From: a virus
Taxonomy: Duplodnaviria; Caudoviricetes
Virus record (IMG/VR): IMGVR_UViG_3300012948_000388
Location: 1 to 47,577 of that record
DNA length: 47,577 nt
Strand: one strand, 5' to 3'
The translations under genes were made by a program, and so were the position numbers. Shown piece after piece: positions 16,411 through 23,787 of the stretch (positions within the stretch are counted from its first letter, which is position 1; each line of letters opens with the position of its first letter). The notes beneath the pieces were generated by a model that did not search any database, had not been told where the DNA came from, and was given only the letters and a program-made list of their open reading frames with translations.

Positions 16411-17323
16411 GCTCCTGCCGCGCCACCCGGTCTACGTCATCTCGAAGGGACGCTGGGAGCACCCGCTGACGGCGCGCATCCTCGCGCGCGACGGCGTGCC
16501 CTTCCGCGTCGTCGTCGAGCCGCCCGAGCGCGACCGGTACGCCGCCGCCGTCGGCGCCGAGCGCCTGGCGGTCCTCCCCTTCCACGACCTGGGGCAGGGC
16601 TCGATCCCGGCGCGCAACTGGGTCTGGTCGGACGCGCTCGCGATCGGCGCGCGCCGCCACTGGATCCTCGACGACAACATCCGCGACGTCTACCGCTACT
16701 ACCGGGGCGAGCGGGTGCGCGCGCCCTGCGGCGCCGCGCTGGCGCTGATGGAGGCCTTCGTCGAGCGCTACGCCAACGTCGCGATCGCGGGGCCGAACTA
16801 CCGCTTCTTCCACGTCGGTCCCAAGCCGCCCTTCAACCTGAACCACCACGTCTACTCCTGCCTCCTGATCGACAACGCGCTCCCCTACCGCTGGCGCGGG
16901 CGCTACAACGAGGACACGGACCTGTGCCTGCAGGTGCTCGCGGGCGGGCTCTGCACGATCCTGTTCAACGCCTTCCTGATCGAGAAGGCGACGACGATGT
17001 CGATGAAGGGCGGCAACACGACGACGCTCTACCGGGGCGACGGCCGCCTCAAGATGGCGCGCAGCCTCGAGCGGATGTGGCCCGGCGTCGTGACCGTCGA
17101 CCGGCGCTGGAACCGCCCCCAGCACGTCGTCGCCCACACCTGGAAGCGCTTCGACACGCCGCTGATCCCGGCCGCCCCGCGCGCGCGCGCCGGCGACGTC
17201 GGCGCGAGCGACGAGCACGGGATGACGCTGCGCCAGCTCCGACCGTTCGACAGCGCGCGGCTGCGGCGCGTCCTCGACGGCGCGACCGAACGCCGGAACG
17301 ACGACGACGACGGAAACGCATGA
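16403..17323 (+). CDS. TET-associated/GREB1-like glycosyltransferase, copy 2
   Basis: Same motifs; collinear paralogue of 15490-16410. Confidence 0.82.
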   Translation: MAKLLPRHPVYVISKGRWEHPLTARILARDGVPFRVVVEPPERDRYAAAVGAERLAVLPFHDLGQGSIPARNWVWSDALAIGARRHWILDDNIRDVYRYYRGERVRAPCGAALALMEAFVERYANVAIAGPNYRFFHVGPKPPFNLNHHVYSCLLIDNALPYRWRGRYNEDTDLCLQVLAGGLCTILFNAFLIEKATTMSMKGGNTTTLYRGDGRLKMARSLERMWPGVVTVDRRWNRPQHVVAHTWKRFDTPLIPAAPRARAGDVGASDEHGMTLRQLRPFDSARLRRVLDGATERRNDDDDGNA

Positions 17324-17772
17324 GGCGGAAAAACGACCCGGTCCGCGCCGAGCTGCAGCGCCAGGCGCTGGCGCTGCGCGCCAACGGCGCGACCTACGAG
17401 GCGATCGCGCGACGGCTCGGCTTCAAGACCGCCTCGGCCGTCTACAAGATCGTCCGCGCGGCGCTGCTCGCGACCGTGCGCGAGCCGGCCGACGAGCTGC
17501 GCGCGCTCGAGGCGCTGCGGCTCGACCGGCTGATGCTGCCGCTCTGGCCGCTGCTGGCCGGCGACGACGCGACCGCGCACCCCGAGCGGCTACTGCGCGC
17601 CGTCGACCGGCTGCTCGCGGTCATGGCGCGCCGGGCCGAGCTGTTGGGGCTGGACGCCCCGCGCCGCATCGACGTCGAGGGCATGCTGCGCGCCGCCGCG
17701 CTGCGCGACGGGCTCGACCCCGACGAGATGGTGCGCGAGGCCGAGAGCTACCTGCGCGAGCAGCGCCGCTGA
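17320..17772 (+). CDS. terS: Terminase small subunit
   Basis: HTH (ALALRANGATYEAIARRLG), RRAELLGLDAP; directly before TerL. Confidence 0.8.
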   Translation: MRRKNDPVRAELQRQALALRANGATYEAIARRLGFKTASAVYKIVRAALLATVREPADELRALEALRLDRLMLPLWPLLAGDDATAHPERLLRAVDRLLAVMARRAELLGLDAPRRIDVEGMLRAAALRDGLDPDEMVREAESYLREQRR

Positions 17773-17776
17773 GCCC

Positions 17777-20101
17777 GTGCCGCTCTGGCTCGACACCGCC
17801 GCGACGCTGCCCGACGACCTGATCGACGCCGCGCGCCACCGCCTGGCGCTGCGCCACGCCCGCGAGCGCGCCGGCGCGCGCGGGCCGAGCGTCGGCCGCA
17901 GCTGGCACACCGGCGACCCGCGCGACCCGGACCGCCGCCGCCGACCGGGCCGGCCCGAGCAGAAGCTGCCGCCGCCCGTCACGCCGGCCGGCGTCGAGTG
18001 GCTGGTCTGGCTGATCCTGGCCGGGCGCGGCTTCGGCAAGACGCGCGCCGGGGCCGAGGCGACGATCGACCTCGTCCAGTCGGGCGAGTGGCGCCGGCCG
18101 GCGCTGGTCGGTCAGACCGCCGCCGACGTGCGCGACGTCATGGTGCTCGGCCCGTCGGGGATCCTGGCCTGCAGCCCGCCGGCCTTCACGCCGACCTACA
18201 TCCCCGGCCAGCGGCGGCTCGTCTGGCCCAACGGCGCCGAGGCGCTGCTCTACTCGGCCGAGCGTCCGGACCGGCTGCGCGGGCCGGGGCACGACGGCGC
18301 CTGGGTCGACGAGCTGGCGGCCTGGCGCTACCTCGACTCGTACGAGCAGGTCCAGTTCGTCTTGCGCGAGGGGCGCAACCCGCGCCTGATCGCGACGACG
18401 ACGCCGCGCCCGATCCGGCTGATCCGCGAGCTGGTGACCGAGCCGACGACCTACGTCACGCGCGGCACGACCTACGACAACCTCGAGAACCTGCCGCCCA
18501 GCTTCGCGCGCCGCGTCGTCGCCCGCTACGAGGGCACGCGCCTCGGCCGGCAGGAGCTGTACGCCGAGATCCTCGACGACCTCGAGGGCGCCTACTGGAC
18601 GCTCGCCCTGATCGACGCCGCGCGCGTGCGCGACGTCCCGCGCGCGATCGACGGCCGGCCGCTCCTGGCCCGCGTCGTCGTCGCGGTCGACCCGGCCGGT
18701 CGAAGCGGCGACGAGAACGACCAGACCGGCCTCGCGGTCGCGGGACGCGGCCTCGACGGCCACCTCTACGTGCTCGCGGCCGAGGGCGTGCGCCTCAGTC
18801 CGCGCGGCTGGGCGTCGCGCGCGCTCGACCTCTACGACGAGTGGGCGGCCGACAAGATCCTGGCCGAGCGCAACAACGGCGGCGACATGGTCGAGGCGAC
18901 GATCCGGTCGGTGCGCCTGACCGCCCCGGTCGAGACGATCCACGCCAGCCGGGGCAAGGTCGTGCGCGCCGAGCCGGTCGCGGCGCTCTACGAGCAGGGG
19001 CGCGTCAGCCACGTCGGCCGCCTCGACGCCCTCGAGCAGCAGCAGTGCTTCCCCGCCGAGACGGTCGTCGACGCGCCCGACCTCGTCGCCGCGTTACGCC
19101 GGCTCTACACGGGCGAGTTGATCGAGGTCGATACGACGCGCGGAACACTCGTCGGCACGCCCAATCATCCGGTGCTGACCGAGAACGGCTGGGATGCACT
19201 GGAGACTATCCGGCCGGGGTCTCGTCTATACTACGCCGATGCCCTCCCCGGTCGGGACGCGCCCGCACTTCGTCACCGACGACCAATTGGCGACGTTCAC
19301 GCGGCTCTACCGATCGGGCGCGACGCGCGAGGCGATCGCGGCCGAGACGGGATTGAGCCTGCCGTCCGTCAAGTACCTGGCCTACCGTGGTCGCGCGGGA
19401 TTCCGTCCGACCTACGGCGACCGCATCGCGCTCAAGCCGGTGCTCTTGACGCCGATGGAGCTGGCCTACGTGGCCGGGATCGTCGACGGCGAGGGCTCGG
19501 TCGGCTTCTGGCGGAACCGACGACGCAACAAGGTCAAGCCGATCGTTCGCGTCGCCAACACCTCGACGGAGCTACTCGATTGGCTGCGCCCGCGCCTGGG
19601 CGAGCGCGACGTCCTCGTGACGCGGCAGACGCGGCTGGCGAGCAATCGGTTGATGTGGACGCTCGCCGTTCAGGGGCTGGGCTACCTCCCGCTCTACGAG
19701 GCGCTGCTGCCGCTCCTGATCGTCAAGCGGCGGCAGATGACGCTCGTCGTCGAGTGGACGCGCCTGCGCCGAGCCGATCAGATCCCGCAGCCGACGACCC
19801 CGCGCGAGTGCGCGCTGGTCGAGGCGGTCGCGCTCCTGAACCAGCGCGCGTCACCGCTGTCCGACGACGCGCGGTCAGCGCTCTTCCGGTCTACAACCTG
19901 CGCACCGAGCGTGGCTGGTACGTCGCCGACGGCGTGATCGTCCACAACTGCTCGTTCCCCGTCGACCCCGACGCGGGCGACGACCTCGTCGACGCGGCCG
20001 TCTACGCCCTGACCGCGCTCGTCGAGCCGGCCGCGAACCCGCTCGCCGGCGTCGTCGCCGTCGGCCGCGCGCGCGGCTGGCAGCCCCGCCGCGCCGGCTA
20101 A
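17777..20101 (+). CDS. terL: Terminase large subunit with intein
   Basis: Walker A AGRGFGKT, Walker B AWVDE, TTTP, nuclease motifs VAVDP and DDLVDA. Confidence 0.96.
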   Translation: MPLWLDTAATLPDDLIDAARHRLALRHARERAGARGPSVGRSWHTGDPRDPDRRRRPGRPEQKLPPPVTPAGVEWLVWLILAGRGFGKTRAGAEATIDLVQSGEWRRPALVGQTAADVRDVMVLGPSGILACSPPAFTPTYIPGQRRLVWPNGAEALLYSAERPDRLRGPGHDGAWVDELAAWRYLDSYEQVQFVLREGRNPRLIATTTPRPIRLIRELVTEPTTYVTRGTTYDNLENLPPSFARRVVARYEGTRLGRQELYAEILDDLEGAYWTLALIDAARVRDVPRAIDGRPLLARVVVAVDPAGRSGDENDQTGLAVAGRGLDGHLYVLAAEGVRLSPRGWASRALDLYDEWAADKILAERNNGGDMVEATIRSVRLTAPVETIHASRGKVVRAEPVAALYEQGRVSHVGRLDALEQQQCFPAETVVDAPDLVAALRRLYTGELIEVDTTRGTLVGTPNHPVLTENGWDALETIRPGSRLYYADALPGRDAPALRHRRPIGDVHAALPIGRDARGDRGRDGIEPAVRQVPGLPWSRGIPSDLRRPHRAQAGALDADGAGLRGRDRRRRGLGRLLAEPTTQQGQADRSRRQHLDGATRLAAPAPGRARRPRDAADAAGEQSVDVDARRSGAGLPPALRGAAAAPDRQAAADDARRRVDAPAPSRSDPAADDPARVRAGRGGRAPEPARVTAVRRRAVSALPVYNLRTERGWYVADGVIVHNCSFPVDPDAGDDLVDAAVYALTALVEPAANPLAGVVAVGRARGWQPRRAG
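19227..19241 (+). promoter_or_regulatory. Putative internal leaderless promoter for the nested endonuclease
   Basis: TATACT 19227-19232, 6 nt, ATG 19239. Confidence 0.6.
19239..19937 (+). CDS. HTH + single-motif LAGLIDADG homing endonuclease nested in the +1 frame of the intein
   Basis: LYRSGATREAIAAETGLSLPSV (HTH), LAYVAGIVDGEGSV, VANTSTELLDWL, LLPLLIVKRRQ. Confidence 0.88.
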   Translation: MPSPVGTRPHFVTDDQLATFTRLYRSGATREAIAAETGLSLPSVKYLAYRGRAGFRPTYGDRIALKPVLLTPMELAYVAGIVDGEGSVGFWRNRRRNKVKPIVRVANTSTELLDWLRPRLGERDVLVTRQTRLASNRLMWTLAVQGLGYLPLYEALLPLLIVKRRQMTLVVEWTRLRRADQIPQPTTPRECALVEAVALLNQRASPLSDDARSALFRSTTCAPSVAGTSPTA

Positions 20102-20224
20102 ACCGTCGTGCCGGCGGGGCAACGATTCGTTGCGCACGGCGCGGCGCGAGCCGCTACCATAGGGACGCGGTGGGGCGGTGGCGCGCGCGCCACCCCCGCT
20201 GCTCGCCGGGGGGGAGCGCGGACG

Positions 20225-21919
20225 GTGGTCCTGACGGCGCGGTCGCTGGCGGGCGGCCGGCAGACGGTCGACGAAAGCTGGGCGCTGCGGCGGATGCCGT
20301 TCTCGATCGTGGCGCCGAACGCGATCGACCAGCGCTGGAAGCTGCTCGCGCTCGACGACGCGGCGCTGCGGCGGCTCGAGCCCTCGGCGCTGATGGACCT
20401 CCTGGCCGACACCGAGCCCGGCTACTCGCGCGCGCTCTACGACGCGCTGCGCCTGGGCAACCCCGGCTGGACGCTGACCGCCTACCGGATCGACGCGGAC
20501 GACCCCGAGCCGCGCGCCCAGGCGGTGCTCGACGCCTTCGTCGCCGAGCTGGAGCTGCTCTACGGCACGGCCGACGTCGTCTGGAACCGCCTGATCTTCG
20601 GCGCCTACCACCGGGGCGCGGTCTTCGCCGAGCTGGTGCTCGACGAGTCGGGGCGCGTCCCGATCGACCTCGCGACGCCCGACCCCGCGACCGTGCGCTT
20701 CAAGAAGGAGATCGACCCGGCGCGGCCGGCGCGCGGCCCGATCTGGCGCGCCGGGCAGTGGCAGGCGGGCGAGTTCGTGCTCTTCGACCGGCCGACGATC
20801 TGCTACGTCCCGGTCGACCCGTTCCCCGGCTCGCCCTACGGCCGGCCGCTCGGCGCGCCGGCGCTCTTCACCTCGCTCTTCCTGATGGGCATGCTCGCCG
20901 ACCTGCGCCGGGTCGTGCAGCAGCAGGGCTGGCCCAGGCTCGACATCATCCTGAAGTCGGAGCAGCTGGCGACGCAGATGCCGGCCGAGGTGCTGACCGG
21001 CACGCCGCAGCAGCGCGCCGACTGGGTGCAGTCCAAGCTCGACGAGGTCGCGTCGCAGTACGCGCAGCTCGAGCCGGACATGGCGTTCATCCACCTCGAC
21101 ACCGTCGAGATGGGCAGCCCCCAGGGCGTCGTCGACGCCTCGGCGCTGGGCTCGGTCGAGCCGATCGTGGCGCTGCTGCAGCGCCAGCAGGTCCAGGCGG
21201 TCAAGACGATGCCGCTCCTGCTCGGCCTGTCGGAGGGCGTCAGCGAGGCGAACGCGAACCGGCAGTGGGAGATCCACGCCGCCGGCGTCAAGGCGCTGCA
21301 GCACCTGATCGAGACGCCGCTCTCGCGGCTGCTCTCGGTCGCGCTGCAGGCCGGGGGACTGGCGGCGCGCGCCGAGCTGCGCTTCGCCGAGCTGCGCGCG
21401 GCCGAGATGATGCGCGACGAGCAGACCAGAGCCATCAAGGACGCCAACGTCGCCTTCGAGCGCGACCAGGGCTGGATCGACCAGGACGCGGCGGCGCAGG
21501 ACGCGGTCGGCCACCCGCCGGTCGGGCCGCCGAGCCCGTTCGCGCCGACCAAGCCGGGCGGGACGGGCGCCGGCGGCGGCGGATTCGGCGGCGGCGCCGG
21601 CGTCGACACCCAGACCAACCCCGAGCCCGGTTCGAGTAGGTCGCTGTCTCTCGATGAGCGGACGCGAAGCGACGTGGATCGCGCAGCGATGACGCAGCGA
21701 CTCGACACGGAGCAGCGACTGGAGCCGTTGGGGGCGGCGGCGGCGCTGCCGTCGATCACGCGCGAGCCCGTGCTCGCGGCCGGCGCGCTCGACGAGGCGC
21801 GGGGTGCCTGGGAGCGGCTGATCGCGCCGCCGCACGACGACCTGCTCGACGCGACGCTGGCCGAGCCGCCGCCGGCGCGCGCGAACGGCCACGCCGCCGC
21901 GTCCCTGCCGGCCGGCTGA
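20225..21919 (+). CDS. Portal protein (start uncertain: 20225 or 20294)
   Basis: Position after TerL, size, GAVFAELV, SPYGRP, GWIDQD motifs. Confidence 0.78.
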   Translation: MVLTARSLAGGRQTVDESWALRRMPFSIVAPNAIDQRWKLLALDDAALRRLEPSALMDLLADTEPGYSRALYDALRLGNPGWTLTAYRIDADDPEPRAQAVLDAFVAELELLYGTADVVWNRLIFGAYHRGAVFAELVLDESGRVPIDLATPDPATVRFKKEIDPARPARGPIWRAGQWQAGEFVLFDRPTICYVPVDPFPGSPYGRPLGAPALFTSLFLMGMLADLRRVVQQQGWPRLDIILKSEQLATQMPAEVLTGTPQQRADWVQSKLDEVASQYAQLEPDMAFIHLDTVEMGSPQGVVDASALGSVEPIVALLQRQQVQAVKTMPLLLGLSEGVSEANANRQWEIHAAGVKALQHLIETPLSRLLSVALQAGGLAARAELRFAELRAAEMMRDEQTRAIKDANVAFERDQGWIDQDAAAQDAVGHPPVGPPSPFAPTKPGGTGAGGGGFGGGAGVDTQTNPEPGSSRSLSLDERTRSDVDRAAMTQRLDTEQRLEPLGAAAALPSITREPVLAAGALDEARGAWERLIAPPHDDLLDATLAEPPPARANGHAAASLPAG

Positions 21920-22551
21920 TGGCGACGCCCTCGGCCTGGGAGTGGGTGCCCGAGGCGCGGCAGTACCGCTACAAGGCGTCGGGGCGGTTCCTCTCGCCGG
22001 CGGCGGTCGCGGGGCTGCGCGACGTCTTCGTCGAGGAGCACCGCGCCGACTACGACCGCCTCGCGCGCCGGCTCGCGACCGGCGACCTGACGGTTCAGGA
22101 GTGGGAGCTGGCGATGCGCCGCTCGGTGCGCGCCGCCTTCGTCGCGCAGTACGCGCTCGGCCGCGGCGGCGTCGACCGGCTGGGCGACGTCGACCGCATG
22201 CGCCTGGGCACGCTCGTCGGCGAGCAGTACGTCCACCTACACCGCTTCGCGGCCGACGTCGCGCGCGGCGATCTCTCCGAGAGCCAGGTCGCGGCGCGCA
22301 GCCAGCTCTACGCCGCCGCCTCGACGCGGGCGCAGGCCGAGGGCTACCAGCGCGCCTTTCGGGGACTCGAGCTGCCGGCCCATCCGGGGGACGGGGGCAC
22401 CAGCTGTAAGGCGAATTGCCGATGTAGATGGGATGTCATCGACGCCGGAACCGAGTGGCGGGCGACGTGGGTCGCGCTCGGCGGCGCCGAGACGTGCGAC
22501 GACTGCCGCGCGCGCGGCGCGCGCTGGTCGTCGCTGGTGATCGAGAAGTGA
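21919..22551 (+). CDS. Head morphogenesis/minor capsid protein (Mu gpF-like)
   Basis: After portal; PAHPGDG..CKANCRC, CDDC. Confidence 0.7.
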   Translation: MATPSAWEWVPEARQYRYKASGRFLSPAAVAGLRDVFVEEHRADYDRLARRLATGDLTVQEWELAMRRSVRAAFVAQYALGRGGVDRLGDVDRMRLGTLVGEQYVHLHRFAADVARGDLSESQVAARSQLYAAASTRAQAEGYQRAFRGLELPAHPGDGGTSCKANCRCRWDVIDAGTEWRATWVALGGAETCDDCRARGARWSSLVIEK

Positions 22552-22627
22552 GCGGGCTCGGCCGCCTGCTGCGCGCGCTCGTCGTCGTCGCGATCCCGTT
22601 CCTGGCCGGCGTCGCCGAGGCGCTGCG

Positions 22628-22918
22628 GTGACGGGCGGCGAGATGACGTGCCGCGAGGCGGGGCGGATCGGCGGTCTGAGCTGCCGCGACGCGCACGACG
22701 CCGACTACTACCGCCGCATCGGCCGGCTGACGCCGATCCGGTCGCGCGCTTTCTACGCCGCGATCGGCAAGCTGGGCGCGGCGGCGCAGCGCGAGACGCT
22801 CGGCGTCGACGGGATGACGGCGCTCTCGCGGCGCGGCGGCGAGGCGACGCGCGCGCGCCACGGCGTCGCGCTCTACGCGCGCGCCGGACGCGCGGCGCAC
22901 CCACGCGGCGCGCGATGA
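22628..22918 (+). CDS. KGG/GsiB-like repeat protein
   Basis: EAGRIGG..HDADYYRRIGR; FYAAIGKLG; SRRGGEAT..HG..LYARAGR. Confidence 0.6.
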   Translation: MTGGEMTCREAGRIGGLSCRDAHDADYYRRIGRLTPIRSRAFYAAIGKLGAAAQRETLGVDGMTALSRRGGEATRARHGVALYARAGRAAHPRGAR

Positions 22919-23121
22919 GCGGCCCGGTCTACTGCCCGATCTGCGGCCGGCGGGCGCGTCTGGGTCCGCGCGAGGCCGATCCGGCGAACCCATCCCGCGC
23001 GCGCGTCGTCTACTACGAGTGCAGCGGCGGCCACCGCTGGCGGCGCGTCGGCGTGGCGCTCGACGTCCCCGGTCCGCGCGCGGTCGAGCGCTTGGGCGCG
23101 CGCGAGGTGGATCCGGCGTGA
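22915..23121 (+). CDS. Zn-ribbon protein (Ogr/Delta-like pattern)
   Basis: CPICGRRA...YYECSGGHRW. Confidence 0.6.
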   Translation: MSGPVYCPICGRRARLGPREADPANPSRARVVYYECSGGHRWRRVGVALDVPGPRAVERLGAREVDPA

Positions 23122-23306
23122 CGACCGAGCAGCGACGCGCCCAGAGGGCACCCGCGACGACGACGCCGGCGTCGCGACCAGCGTCCACGCCCCCGGTCAC
23201 CGACTACGGGCCGCGCTGCACGTCCTGCGGCCGGACGCTGGCGGCGCACCTGACGCGGCCGTGGAGCCTGCGCTGCCGCAAGTGCCACGCGCCGAACAGC
23301 CGCTAG
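23118..23306 (+). CDS. Com-like Zn-ribbon regulator
   Basis: RCTSCGRTLA...LRCRKCHAPN. Confidence 0.65.
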   Translation: MTTEQRRAQRAPATTTPASRPASTPPVTDYGPRCTSCGRTLAAHLTRPWSLRCRKCHAPNSR

Positions 23307-23316
23307 GAGGGACGCG

Positions 23317-23466
23317 ATGCCGTCGGCGACCGGGAACCCCTACGCCGTCCCTGGCCTGACGGCCGGGAGCCCTAACCTGGCGATCATCGGCCTGATCGTC
23401 GGCTTCGGCTGGACGATCGGGGCGCAGATCGCGTCGTGGCTGATCCGCCTCGTCCGGCGGGGCTGA
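23317..23466 (+). CDS. 49-aa membrane protein (absent from the ORF track)
   Basis: AGGAGG RBS; LAIIGLIVGFGWTIGAQIASWLI. Confidence 0.65.
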   Translation: MPSATGNPYAVPGLTAGSPNLAIIGLIVGFGWTIGAQIASWLIRLVRRG

Positions 23467-23639
23467 GCGCGCGCCGGCGCGCCGAGATCGCGGGGCTGGT
23501 CGCGGCGCGGCTGATGACGGTCCCGCGCGCGTTCGCGCTCGTCGAGGCCTGCCGCGAGCTGCTGCGCCTGCACGACCGCGACCACCCGCCGCCATCGCCG
23601 CCCGTCGCGCCGCACCCCGACCAGCTCCCGCTCTTCTGA
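23436..23639 (+). CDS. Small protein ending in QLPLF (start uncertain)
   Basis: Helical segment, Pro linker, C-terminal DQLPLF. Confidence 0.55.
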   Translation: MADPPRPAGLSARRRAEIAGLVAARLMTVPRAFALVEACRELLRLHDRDHPPPSPPVAPHPDQLPLF

Positions 23640-23676
23640 TCCTGACGTGCCACGGGCGCATAGTAACGGTGCCCCC

Positions 23677-23705
23677 TTGACAACGCGCGCGCGAGGCGCG
23701 ACGAT
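23677..23705 (+). promoter_or_regulatory. Putative promoter for head genes
   Basis: TTGACA-N17-GACGAT in an intergenic gap. Confidence 0.5.
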
Positions 23706-23787
23706 AGCGCGCTAGCGGCCCCCTGCTCTCGTCAGCGGCCCTCGCGCCCGACGGCGCGGAAGACGAGCGCCCGGGGGGGCATGCGCC

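Larger units (their letters stand above)
19046..19948 (+). mobile_element. Intein (301 aa) in the TerL nuclease domain
   Basis: Block A CFPAETVV, block B TPNHPVLTENGW, blocks F/G VYNLRT..YVADGVIVHN followed by Cys; splicing restores LEQQQ-CSFP. Confidence 0.93.

Noticed and set aside
15490-17323. Paralogue similarity as a diversity-generating retroelement TR/VR pair
   Set aside because: Both are full-length genes, the differences are not adenine-specific, and no reverse transcriptase is visible
19046-19948. Split intein or group I intron interpretation
   Set aside because: The TerL frame has no stop between the N- and C-terminal splicing blocks, and the protein-splicing motifs explain both boundaries
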